A DNA stretch of 25,505 nt, from NCBI GenBank assembly GCA_018065345.1, contig JAGHTM010000123.1:1-25505 (forward strand), in the 5' to 3' direction. Position 1 is the stretch's first letter. Each line of letters begins with the position of its first letter. The DNA is from Candidatus Enterousia merdequi. Lineage in GTDB: Bacteria > Pseudomonadota > Alphaproteobacteria > Rs-D84. This document shows, one piece after another, positions 8,520 through 17,962 of this stretch. The position numbers and the translations under genes were made by a program. Below the pieces are notes generated by a model. That model saw only the letters and a list, made by a program, of their open reading frames with translations, was not told the DNA's origin and ran no database searches.

Positions 8520-9305
8520 TTATTCAAATAATAATTCTGGTGTTTCACGACTATTTATTCCAATTTCGCGATATAAGTCTTCTGTATTACAAGACACAAT
8601 TTTTTTATCACCCAAACCACATCCATCTATAATTTCTTGATACAAACCTGTATCATCAGATTCTATTTCTATATATGGTCTCAACCTTGGCCATTGATCT
8701 ATATCTATTTCTGCATTCTTATACCTGTATTGAGTTCTTATTTTTTCTTGAACATTTCTTTTTGCAAAACCTAATGCAACCAGAAGTCTATCTGCTTCAT
8801 CAACAGAATCTACTTTTATCTCATATTCTGCAACTTTTTGTATAGAATCTGTATTTTTATCAAAAACATGTTTAACCGTTAAAGTCACATTACCGTTTGT
8901 ATCACGCAAACGCACCCATTTATTTGGATTTATATGTAATGATTGTATTTTATTAATAATAGGTAATGTAGTAAACTCATCTATATTATCTATTACATCT
9001 ATAATATCTGGTAAATGTTGTACAGAATATTGTTCTATTACAGGTATAATATCTGCATCTGGCAATAAATCTTCAGCTTCCAATAATATTGTTTTTAATT
9101 TTTGTTTATATGCATAAACCGTCAACAAATTGACATTTGTTTTTAACATATCTATAGCTTCTGATAACCTGTGAGATATTGTAGGTAAATCATAAGTATA
9201 TATTTTCTGTTTTGTTTTAAATATGAATTCTGCACCAAAATCACGCAACTTTTGTTCAGCTTCTTGAACATCAACATCTAAAATTTTTATTTCTTTTTCA
9301 AACAT
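8520..9305 (-). CDS. CYTH-domain protein (class IV adenylyl cyclase/triphosphatase fold) with an internal insertion
   Basis: N-terminal EKEIK motif, QKIYTYD, WVRLRD, VTLTVK, EYEIKV, QEKIRTQY, IDIDQWP and YIEIES. Confidence 0.85.
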   Translation of the reverse strand: MFEKEIKILDVDVQEAEQKLRDFGAEFIFKTKQKIYTYDLPTISHRLSEAIDMLKTNVNLLTVYAYKQKLKTILLEAEDLLPDADIIPVIEQYSVQHLPDIIDVIDNIDEFTTLPIINKIQSLHINPNKWVRLRDTNGNVTLTVKHVFDKNTDSIQKVAEYEIKVDSVDEADRLLVALGFAKRNVQEKIRTQYRYKNAEIDIDQWPRLRPYIEIESDDTGLYQEIIDGCGLGDKKIVSCNTEDLYREIGINSRETPELLFE

Positions 9306-9350
9306 ATTACACCTGCCATGTTTACAGAATAAAACAATATAATTGAAAAT

Positions 9351-9551
9351 TCAACTTATATTACTTGTTAACCAGATATCCGCAATCATATAATTACCAG
9401 CAATATTTCTGAATTTTGAAAAATTAACATTATGAAATTTTGCTATTAATAATTCCTTAAATTCAGATTCATTCAGATAACGTTCACCAACATCATGTAA
9501 AAATTTCCCATCAAAACCATCGGTATCAATTACCAATAAATATGAAAACAC
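9351..9551 (-). pseudogene. Possible truncated gene fragment (66 aa)
   Basis: Protein-like composition and same strand as the CYTH gene, but GTG start straight after a stop and no recognised motif. Confidence 0.25.
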
Positions 9552-9669
9552 AAGTATTCAGCAATATATCAAGCTTTATATTACAGCAGTAATATTTGTA
9601 AATATTTGTTGATATATTGAATATTGTGACATAAAATCAATACGATAATGAATTTTTAAGGGTTTAAAA

Positions 9670-10521
9670 ATGGCACAACAAACATATAAAATGCGGTTGT
9701 TTAAAATTATTGGCACAGAAGATGTTTATATCGACAATTTATTACGATCCGACAACATACAAGATAGTGAAACTTTAGGTTGTGGGTTTGATAATTTTCT
9801 TTTTGTAAGAAAAACTGTTTCTGATGACCATATTGAATTATACGTCGCTCGTTCTGATAAAAACGATATTGCAATTGTGCAAAATAACAATATAACAGAA
9901 CAAAAACTTGAAGAAGGCCAAACTGCGATACATCAAGGAATGTTTTGCATAATATACCATAATTATGTTTTACTTGTCACAGAAAAAAATATGCAAATAT
10001 ATTGGCTGAAACAATATCTAAAAATAAAATTTAATGCCGAATATAAAATAGAACCTGTTGTTGTTGATAATCTAGCAACACATATTAAAGACGTTTCAGG
10101 GATACAGTTTGCTGGATTACAGGATATCCAATCCGATGATGAAGCAGTAAATAATATATTAAAAAAGACCAAAGAATCTGCTTCAGCTGATCTATTTCAA
10201 AAATACGAAATGGGAATCGTCATTAGTCTTGTTCCAAAACGTTTTCCAAAAAAATTGGATTTACAGCGAAATGTGATGGAAAAACAACAAGAAATTGATA
10301 ACACAGTAAAAATATTTGTAGAAAATTGCGAATCTGATAATTTTTTAATCCGGTTAAAAAACGGCAAATACGTTAATAGCAACAAGTTTTATGTATCCGG
10401 AATATTCACAATGCCTAATGTGTTGAATTTAGAATTCAGAACTGATAAAATATTTACCATACTTAGGGAGTGGAAAAACAAACTAATAGCTGACAGGACC
10501 ATAAAAAATGATGTTAAATAG
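9670..10521 (+). CDS. Hypothetical soluble protein (283 aa)
   Basis: Long ORF with AAGGG upstream of the ATG; overlaps the next gene; no family recognised with confidence. Confidence 0.8.
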   Translation: MAQQTYKMRLFKIIGTEDVYIDNLLRSDNIQDSETLGCGFDNFLFVRKTVSDDHIELYVARSDKNDIAIVQNNNITEQKLEEGQTAIHQGMFCIIYHNYVLLVTEKNMQIYWLKQYLKIKFNAEYKIEPVVVDNLATHIKDVSGIQFAGLQDIQSDDEAVNNILKKTKESASADLFQKYEMGIVISLVPKRFPKKLDLQRNVMEKQQEIDNTVKIFVENCESDNFLIRLKNGKYVNSNKFYVSGIFTMPNVLNLEFRTDKIFTILREWKNKLIADRTIKNDVK

Positions 10522-10900
10522 TATACTATCTTTTTTCACCTGGTTTGCAAAATGGGATTCCAGCAATTACATAAGCTACAGTCTAACTTATGTGTCGATA
10601 GTAGTCGGAATTTTAATGGTTATCCTTGACAATTTAAGCAAAGATAAATCTGAACATAACACACGTGATTATAAAATTGTAGCTATTGCATTTAAAAAAC
10701 GAAAATTATGCAGAATTAAAACATTATTCTTTTTGTTGTTATCTCTGATTTTCTTGGCTTTGATTGGTGAGCTATGTAAACAAATTCACGTATTGTATGG
10801 GATAATAAATTTTATTTATATTGTTTTATCAATTTTTACTATTTACAAAACCCTAGCATTGCCACTTGATATTATCCGGGAAGTAAAAAAACAAATTTAA
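10508..10900 (+). CDS. Hypothetical membrane protein (about 3 transmembrane segments)
   Basis: Hydrophobic stretches LTYVSIVVGILMVIL, TLFFLLLSLIFLALIG and VLYGIINFIYIVLSIFTIY; overlaps the upstream ORF by 14 nt. Confidence 0.75.
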   Translation: MMLNSILSFFTWFAKWDSSNYISYSLTYVSIVVGILMVILDNLSKDKSEHNTRDYKIVAIAFKKRKLCRIKTLFFLLLSLIFLALIGELCKQIHVLYGIINFIYIVLSIFTIYKTLALPLDIIREVKKQI

Positions 10901-10947
10901 TATATAAAAAAAGATTCACTTTTTACCAAAAATACAGTATTCTTAAA

Positions 10948-10971
10948 AGTGAGATACAAAGTGGGATACAA
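10948..10971. repeat. Tandem 12-mer AGTG(A/G)GATACAA, possible integrase arm-type sites
   Basis: agtgagatacaa followed directly by agtgggatacaa, about 70 nt upstream of the tRNA 3' fragment. Confidence 0.5.
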
Positions 10972-11043
10972 ATTATACCAAAAAATCTCGGTTTTTCGGG
11001 AAAAAGGTTAGATTTCCAAGCATTTCAGAAAAGTGGCTTGGAA

Positions 11044-11059
11044 CCAGTTGCCCGAGCCA
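11044..11059 (+). mobile_element. Displaced tRNA 3'-end fragment (att site), probably from tRNA-Asn
   Basis: CCAGT-TGCCCGA-G-CCA has the 5+7+1+3 layout of T-stem 3' strand, acceptor strand, discriminator G and CCA. CCAGT is complementary to ACTGG in the fragment at 18761. Confidence 0.7.
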
Positions 11060-11066
11060 AAAATTA

Positions 11067-11099
11067 GCCGTAAATTCTTGAATTTACGGCATTTATTTT
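11067..11099 (+). terminator. Rho-independent terminator-like hairpin
   Basis: gccgtaaatt-cttg-aatttacggc (perfect 10-bp stem) followed by atttatttt. Confidence 0.75.
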
Positions 11100-11150
11100 A
11101 TCCACGCCTATGGCAATTTGTTCCGGTATAGCATCCTCAAAAACATTATT

Positions 11151-11235
11151 TTTTACACAAAATTACACATTTTTACACCATTTTGAAAATAATTTTACAT
11201 ATTTCTACACCACAAGGCCGATTTTTTACACCACA
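11151..11235. repeat. Cluster of TACAC(CA) direct repeats
   Basis: TACAC at 11154, 11164, 11174, 11206 and 11227. The 19-mer ttacatatttctacaccac (11195-11213) recurs exactly at 18658-18676. Confidence 0.7.
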
Positions 11236-11694
11236 AAATACGATTTTCAAGTATTTTCAATATATTATAAAAGTCAGAACAACGGACGGCTCGTCCGTGT
11301 GTCGCTTTACGCATTTTTCAATCAGCAATAAACCGCCTGCACATAGCGGATTTCTAATGTTTTTACAATATCCGAATACTTTTTGAAGTCAACTATAAAA
11401 TGATGTTTCTTTGTAACAAACAACTGGACGTTTATAGAAAGATATTGATGAATGCAACACCCCTAAAATGATTGTTGATGAAGTACAAACATTTTTGGGA
11501 AATTGAACCAAGTAATAAAATTGATTTTATCATGCTCTACTTCGCTTCATGCCGATCATTACACGAGTTAGAGAACGCCATACGCAGAACTAACAACGGC
11601 AACCCAACTGCCGGCAGACATGGTTGCTCCGCCGCATCCAGCACAAGTTATTCCAAATGGTTGCATTGTGGAAACATCGTTTCTAAACAAAATA

Positions 11695-12372
11695 CTAACA
11701 AGGCCTGTGAACACAAACTCTGTTCATATACTCGACAAGAACATCCACATTCGTTGTCGGACAATCTAAAAAACATTTTTGTTTAAGGTGCAAATGATAC
11801 ATTCTTAACTTTTTAGCGTTTTTTATCGCACATTTTTCTGATTCTGGCGAATTCACAATTACATCATAATCAATCGCCTTGTTGGTCTTGGGGTCATATT
11901 CAGGAAAATACCGCCTTGTTTTTCTCTCTATTTCTCTTTTATTTAGAACAGCAGTTGTGTATTCAAAATGCAAAACAGCCCATAATTCAAATTGCGGATT
12001 AGAAAAAACACAATTGACTTTATTTGGCTCGACTTTGTCTAAAGACGAACATTTCGACAATACGGTACATAATTGTCGTTTTTCTGTTCTATTAGCCAAT
12101 TTATTATCGTTATCAAGCACAATAAATACAACTGCATTAGGGTATTTAGCTTTGCTAGTCGTGGCAATAGCATACAATTGCTCCACTCCTGTTTTACTCA
12201 TAGCATTAGGAATTATTCTTATGTTCCTAGGTTCTCTAAAATGTCTAGCAACATATGCCCCAAAATATTCCGGCTCTGTTTTTTTACCCTCACAAACAAT
12301 TACAATCTTTACTTGTTGTGCTAAACGATTTTCAACGATATGCCTTTTAGGCAAAAAACGTCTCCCTGACAT
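11695..12372 (-). CDS. rloB: RloB-family protein (AbiLii-like)
   Basis: IVIVCEGKKTEPEYF, VFIVLDND, SNPQFELWAVLHFE and C-terminal TNVDVLVE. Confidence 0.85.
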   Translation of the reverse strand: MSGRRFLPKRHIVENRLAQQVKIVIVCEGKKTEPEYFGAYVARHFREPRNIRIIPNAMSKTGVEQLYAIATTSKAKYPNAVVFIVLDNDNKLANRTEKRQLCTVLSKCSSLDKVEPNKVNCVFSNPQFELWAVLHFEYTTAVLNKREIERKTRRYFPEYDPKTNKAIDYDVIVNSPESEKCAIKNAKKLRMYHLHLKQKCFLDCPTTNVDVLVEYMNRVCVHRPC

Positions 12373-12374
12373 AT

Positions 12375-13637
12375 CTATAACTCCCCAACCAATTTGGCTA
12401 AGCTGTCAATACCACCTAGATATGGTATCCCACCAAATCGACCTTCTAGATACCCTGTCTTATAATCATAATTACTTCTTACATCAGTAAATGTTGATAA
12501 AGGATATATAACCGAATTGGCCTTTTGTGGATCTTTTTCTATAAACCAAATTTCATCTCTTGTTAGTGTATCGGGAGACATTAACGATACATCGTGTGTT
12601 GTCGCCACAAGTTGTGCCCCACATTTATTGATGCGTCTATCATGGAACATTTCTACTATTTTTTTTATTATCAAAGGATGCAAACCTTTATCTAATTCAT
12701 CGGCAATATATACCCCCCCCCCTTTCAGAAACATTGGCAATATTTGTGTTAGTATTCGCAAATAATTTTCTGTCCCATCACTTTCTTCTCCGCCATTCAA
12801 TTTTTTATTCAAGCCCTTATGCTCAAACAACGGGAAATAAAATATATCTTCTGAAATATTTAAATTGTCCAAATTAGCATCTGTTATTTTTTTCATCAAC
12901 TCCAAACGCGCCTTATCGGGCATTTTTTCAATGCTAAAACCGGTAATTCCAACATCTGCATGTTTTAAAAATGATGACACCAAATCTTTTAATTCCGGAT
13001 CATCAAAAAGCTGTTTTATTAAGCCCTTACTTTTTTCTTTTGCTAAAAAGTTATAAGCATCAGAATAAGGCTCTATATTTCGCAAATTTAATATTTCCAG
13101 AATAGTTACATCTTTTCTAGTATTTAATCTTTCTTTTACTTCGTCTTTTATGCTTTTGCTTATCGAGATATTCTTATGCCAACTCACGTTAACGCCATCT
13201 CTTACAAATAAACGTTTTAACGAATTATTACTATTGAAAGTGCAAAATTCTTCAAACAATATCTCACTCTTGGAATATTTAACACAATACTCATATATTA
13301 TATCGTCTATAACAAACTCGAATTCGAAAGCTATAGGAGCAGAATTTTTATCAAAAGTGACACCTGGCATTTTTGTATCAACACTTGTATTTATCCTTTT
13401 TAACAATCTGGATATCACATTTATAATCTCCATAAAATTGCTTTTTCCAGAAGCATTCGCACCATACAATAGTGTTACAGGTAAAATATTTTCACTTTTT
13501 TTAGACCTCACTTCAATAAAATCAAAACGCGAATCTGAAGAATACTTTGTTTCCGCTGTAAAAAATATTTCTTGTGGTTCTTCGTTAAAAGAATAAAAGT
13601 TTTCGACCTTTATTCGTCTCAAATTTTTCAAAGCCAT
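12375..13637 (-). CDS. AAA_21/ABC-type ATPase (RloA/AbiLi-like)
   Basis: YGANASGKSN Walker A, ESDGT signature, YIADELDKGLHP Walker B, ATTHD, RDEIWFIEK and YLEGRFGGIP; 2 nt from the rloB start. Confidence 0.88.
   Translation of the reverse strand: MALKNLRRIKVENFYSFNEEPQEIFFTAETKYSSDSRFDFIEVRSKKSENILPVTLLYGANASGKSNFMEIINVISRLLKRINTSVDTKMPGVTFDKNSAPIAFEFEFVIDDIIYEYCVKYSKSEILFEEFCTFNSNNSLKRLFVRDGVNVSWHKNISISKSIKDEVKERLNTRKDVTILEILNLRNIEPYSDAYNFLAKEKSKGLIKQLFDDPELKDLVSSFLKHADVGITGFSIEKMPDKARLELMKKITDANLDNLNISEDIFYFPLFEHKGLNKKLNGGEESDGTENYLRILTQILPMFLKGGGVYIADELDKGLHPLIIKKIVEMFHDRRINKCGAQLVATTHDVSLMSPDTLTRDEIWFIEKDPQKANSVIYPLSTFTDVRSNYDYKTGYLEGRFGGIPYLGGIDSLAKLVGEL
12713..12722. repeat. C10 homopolymer (G10 on the coding strand) inside the ATPase gene
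   Basis: ta-cccccccccc-ttt, encoding K-G-G-G-V just before Walker B. Confidence 0.85.
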
Positions 13638-13779
13638 AATACATCCTTATGGTATATACGAGACCAATTATTACATAATTTTATAAAAAAGTCAAGAATT
13701 TTGTAATTTTTTTTCAAAAAAATACGTTTTTGGTGTTCACACAAAAAAAACATTAGTGCTTACCCCATTTCTCAACCTC

Positions 13780-16368
13780 TCATAAATCACCCAGCGCACA
13801 CCTTATCTGTTCGGAAACATTCAATCCACCAGCATTTTTACTGGCCATAACAAACACACCTTTGCCGTCTGATTGTTTCTGCCATAATTGCCCTATATTT
13901 TCTTTTTCTTTGGTATCGTCAGTACTTAAAAGATGCCCACCTTTATATTCAACAACCAATATTCTACCATCGTTCATCAGCGCAACAAAATCTGGATAAA
14001 AATAATCTGAGCTTGTTGGCAACCGGAAAGAATTTGGATGGCGAGCAACGTTGCGCACCCAATATGCCACATTCGGCAAACTATCTATTGCCTTTGCACA
14101 TTCTATTTCTTCTTCTGTATCCATAACTGGTATTTTGGTACTACCTAAAAAGTGTTTTTGGAATTTATAATTGCCATGATATGTTGGTAATCCATCATAC
14201 ATATGATCTTTGAATTCTACACCAAAATCGAAATCCAATTTTACACGTTCCGGGTGACCAAACATATATTGATTAAAGTTATCTTTACGAGCTTTTTGAC
14301 GTGCCGCATCAATTTTTGCCTTAATCTTATTCAACAATGCATATTTTGCCATCATAAGTTCAGCCATCGGCAAGTATCTTTCATTTTGCAATGATTCCAC
14401 CAGTTTACGCAACCATTCCACCATAATTGGTTGAGGTATATCATCTTGATGTAATCTTGAATCTAACCAATGTATCAAATTTGCAGCGGTCCAGCTTTCT
14501 ACCTCGATGGAATCCATTGTCAATTGTTCGTTGGATGCTGTGAAGGCGAGTTTGTTCCCGTCAATATCTATAACGTATCCTGTTCCCTGTTGTTCTATAG
14601 AAAATTCTGCTGGAGTTAATACCGGTTTCGTATACTCTTCTATATTCCAATCAGATTGTTCAAAAATAATATCTGGCTCTGCCAACACAAAACTGTCTTG
14701 TTCTGCAAATTGGATACATACAGTAGGAACTTTGAACTCTTTATTTTGAGTGGCAAATGATTGTTCTTTTTCTTCATGTTGAAAATTGTAAAACTTTGTT
14801 CTTACTTCATTCGCCTTAGTCGCTGTCATATTTTGACACAACAGTTCAACATCTTCCTGTTTCGTTTCATCTGTGAAGACAATTGTTTTATTATTATTTT
14901 CTAGTTTTATTGTTTGTGGAACAAACAGCCCATCCAATGGTTTGTCTAAATCAATCTTGTTTTGCTCTGGACGCCCAAACAATCCTGGAATTTCCACCGG
15001 CTTTTGTTGTATTGCACTCTGCGCCTCATTACTATCAAAACCACGTTTTTGCAACGCTTGCACCAATTCTTCTGCTGCCTGACCTGCGAAACCATCTTTC
15101 ATAACATATGCATATGCTTTATTTAATGCAGAGATTTTACGATTCTTAGCATACGGCATTCTCATTACACGCCCCAATAACTGGATTACCGCTGTATTAC
15201 TGCGAACATTTGCCAAAGAACACAAAACATAAGCAAAAGAACAATCCCATCCCTCTTTCAGTGCCTCAACGGTGATGATGTATTTTACCTTGCAATCTTT
15301 TGAAAACACATCTATCCCATCAAGCTCTTTTTGCTCTCCTGTTACGATAGCTATTTCCTCTTTTGGAATGTTCATAACATCTGTTAAATAATTATTCAAC
15401 GACTCAACGTTATGTTCGCCATTTTTGTCTTGTGCTTGAAAAAGAATAATTGGTCTGACATAATCTTTTTCATTTGCTGCCGCATCTTCTAATTCTTTGC
15501 GCTTAGCTATTGCCTCTGTTATTGCCTGTTCCCAATCTTCGTGTTCACGTAATTCTATAGGCAGTTTGATCATTTCTTCTTCTTTCAACTCTGCCGCACG
15601 AACATTGTATAAAGTGTTATTGTTTGTTTGCGGTGTTGCTGTCATTTCCACAATTGCCGCAGGATTCAAACGACCAAAAGTATCTTGGGTTAAGGCCGAT
15701 ATCTCATTATGTGCCTCATCAACGATCATTATCGGATGCAAATGATTTATTAAATTTGCAAAAGAAAACTTGAGTTGCCCCTTATCATCCAGCTCCATTG
15801 ATTGGGTAGCGTTTATCTTTGTGAAATGTGGTTCTAAATTTTCGTTGTGTGCATATACGTTATACTTTTCTGTTTTACTTTGTCTGAACGCTTGTATTGT
15901 GGTCACAACAATACATGCGCCGTTCTCAACATCAGCTGGTCTGATATTAAATTTTTCCTCTAAATCAAAAACCCTTATCTTGCCATTAAATTGCTCATCT
16001 AAAACTTTTCTATATGGATGACGAGGATTCTTTAATGCCTCTGACGTTTGTCTGCGGATAGAATCACTCGGCACTATCCATAATACAAAAGGATTTTCAG
16101 TTTCACACCAAGTGTCAGCGACAATCTTGATTGCGTGTGCGCCCACAATGGTTTTTCCACCACCTGTTGGTATTTTTATACACACTCTTGGTGTGTTTTT
16201 TATATTATCCCATACAACATAGTCAGACTTTAATGCACCTAAACGTGTAGCTATTTCAAAATCAGATGTTATGTTTGTAAAAGCTGCCTTTGGGCCAGCG
16301 ATACGACACTGTTCAAAAAATTTCTGTAACACATTAAGTGTTTGTATTTGATAGTTCTTTAGTTGCAT
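13780..16368 (-). CDS. res: Type III restriction endonuclease/helicase subunit Res
   Basis: QLKNYQ, IPTGGGKT, IVDEAH, MTATP, LKEGWD, QLLGRVMR and C-terminal FYPDF...VVEYKG; TAATG overlap with mod. Confidence 0.9.
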   Translation of the reverse strand: MQLKNYQIQTLNVLQKFFEQCRIAGPKAAFTNITSDFEIATRLGALKSDYVVWDNIKNTPRVCIKIPTGGGKTIVGAHAIKIVADTWCETENPFVLWIVPSDSIRRQTSEALKNPRHPYRKVLDEQFNGKIRVFDLEEKFNIRPADVENGACIVVTTIQAFRQSKTEKYNVYAHNENLEPHFTKINATQSMELDDKGQLKFSFANLINHLHPIMIVDEAHNEISALTQDTFGRLNPAAIVEMTATPQTNNNTLYNVRAAELKEEEMIKLPIELREHEDWEQAITEAIAKRKELEDAAANEKDYVRPIILFQAQDKNGEHNVESLNNYLTDVMNIPKEEIAIVTGEQKELDGIDVFSKDCKVKYIITVEALKEGWDCSFAYVLCSLANVRSNTAVIQLLGRVMRMPYAKNRKISALNKAYAYVMKDGFAGQAAEELVQALQKRGFDSNEAQSAIQQKPVEIPGLFGRPEQNKIDLDKPLDGLFVPQTIKLENNNKTIVFTDETKQEDVELLCQNMTATKANEVRTKFYNFQHEEKEQSFATQNKEFKVPTVCIQFAEQDSFVLAEPDIIFEQSDWNIEEYTKPVLTPAEFSIEQQGTGYVIDIDGNKLAFTASNEQLTMDSIEVESWTAANLIHWLDSRLHQDDIPQPIMVEWLRKLVESLQNERYLPMAELMMAKYALLNKIKAKIDAARQKARKDNFNQYMFGHPERVKLDFDFGVEFKDHMYDGLPTYHGNYKFQKHFLGSTKIPVMDTEEEIECAKAIDSLPNVAYWVRNVARHPNSFRLPTSSDYFYPDFVALMNDGRILVVEYKGGHLLSTDDTKEKENIGQLWQKQSDGKGVFVMASKNAGGLNVSEQIRCALGDL

Positions 16369-17897
16369 TATTTTACCTTTATGTCATAAGGTGTTTGTTT
16401 GAATTCTATGTTATTTTCACGCATACGTGTTGTTCCAAGACGTGATGCTTCGCCATAAACAATCAACTTGTCATACTCGACATTACCTAAGTCCGCTTTT
16501 ATAACATCTAACGTTTTACTGGTTAAAACATTTCCACCATCAACACGTTTATCACGCAAAATTCCGTTATATAGTAGCGCATAAGCTGTGCCTTTATAGA
16601 CACCTAATACTGTTGATTTTTGTTTTGGTTTATCAAACGGTGTCTTAGTTTCATAAAACCAAAGGTGAGCCGATAACTGTTCATACGTAATATTTGTTGT
16701 TACGTGTCCATCTTCATCAAATATTGCATCACCCAATTCGTAGAAACGAAAACCACCGCCACCTTGCCAATTTACAGCCTTAGAAATACCACCTTGTTCG
16801 CCATCAATAACCGCTTTTAATCTCGGTACACAATGGGTGGTTGCCTGATTTCCAAGTTCTATACCAATATATCTACGAACCATCTTATGTGCCACTGCTG
16901 CTGTTGTTCCGGATCCAAGAAATGAATCAAGAACAAGATCTCCGGGGTTTGATGCTAACGTAATAACTTTCTGTATAAGTCTTTCTGGTTTTGGTGTAGA
17001 GAACACATCATTTTGAAACAATGTTTTTATTTCTTTTTTTCCTTCTTGGTTGTCACCAACATCATCTCTTAACCATAAAGTCAACGGAACAATACCGTCT
17101 TTAACCTCTGATAAAAAACGCTTAATTCTAGGGACATTAGAGCCGTCTGGTCCAAAATATATACGATTATCTGCAACCATTTCATTAAATTTTTCCTTAC
17201 TAACACGCCAACAATATTCAGCTGGGGGTAAAATCTTTCTACCGCTTGGGGTTGTTATTTCATATACTCTGGATTTTGTTCTCGGTCCAGCTTGGATTGG
17301 TCCTGATGCCCAAGGACCTCTTGGATCATTATCTGGATTAGAAAATCTAGAATCCGCCTCCAATGTTCTTGGAAGTTGATTCATTTGAAACAATTCGTTA
17401 TTTTTACAATAAACCAATATATAATCAGTTGATCTAGAAAATGTTTTTTTCAGATTTATAGGCGCATAAGAACGTTGCCAAACCACCTCATCAACAAAGT
17501 TTTTTCTTCCAAACACTTCGTCACACAATATCTTTAAATAAGCATGTTCATCAGCATCTATAGAAATCCATATTGATCCACATTCACTCAACAAATCACG
17601 CAACAATTCCAAGCGTGGATACATCATTGATAACCATGTTGTGTGTTCTAGATTATCGTCATAGTGCTCAAATGCTGAACCTGTATTATAAGGCGGATCT
17701 ATATATATACACTTTATTTGACCTGCATAAAATGGCAATAAGGCTTTCAAGGCCTCTAAATTATCACCATGTATAATCATGTTGTCTGTGTCTTTATCAC
17801 CATAACTATACTTTGGATCTTCTTTTAACAACCGGTATTCTGCTTTTCCGGCTTTCTTTATATCTTCATCTCTGGTTAACCATTTCAATATCGGCAT
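16368..17897 (-). CDS. mod: Type III methyltransferase subunit Mod (probable m6A)
   Basis: IIHGDNLEALK, IYIDPPYNTG, TPKPERL and LDSFLGSGTTAAVAHKM. Start moved to the ATG at 17897 (MPILKW), which has AAGGA upstream. Confidence 0.92.
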   Translation of the reverse strand: MPILKWLTRDEDIKKAGKAEYRLLKEDPKYSYGDKDTDNMIIHGDNLEALKALLPFYAGQIKCIYIDPPYNTGSAFEHYDDNLEHTTWLSMMYPRLELLRDLLSECGSIWISIDADEHAYLKILCDEVFGRKNFVDEVVWQRSYAPINLKKTFSRSTDYILVYCKNNELFQMNQLPRTLEADSRFSNPDNDPRGPWASGPIQAGPRTKSRVYEITTPSGRKILPPAEYCWRVSKEKFNEMVADNRIYFGPDGSNVPRIKRFLSEVKDGIVPLTLWLRDDVGDNQEGKKEIKTLFQNDVFSTPKPERLIQKVITLASNPGDLVLDSFLGSGTTAAVAHKMVRRYIGIELGNQATTHCVPRLKAVIDGEQGGISKAVNWQGGGGFRFYELGDAIFDEDGHVTTNITYEQLSAHLWFYETKTPFDKPKQKSTVLGVYKGTAYALLYNGILRDKRVDGGNVLTSKTLDVIKADLGNVEYDKLIVYGEASRLGTTRMRENNIEFKQTPYDIKVK

Positions 17898-17962
17898 TTT
17901 TTTCTTTTCCTTTATGAAAAAGGTAGCCCAAAACAAAGGGTAAAGTCAAGAAGAACAATGAA

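Noticed and set aside
11386-11398. 13-mer aagtcaactataa that recurs inverted at 19546-19558
   Set aside because: AT-rich and contains a TTGACT promoter-like hexamer; too short to call a terminal inverted repeat.
11110-11786. ORFs 11110-11331, 11183-11386 and 11472-11786 (+)
   Set aside because: They run across repeat clusters or antisense into rloB, with no recognisable motifs or RBS.
17898-17936. Extended N-terminus of mod given by the ORF track
   Set aside because: The ATG at 17897 has a good RBS and begins a typical MPILKW start; the extension is an alternative-start artefact.
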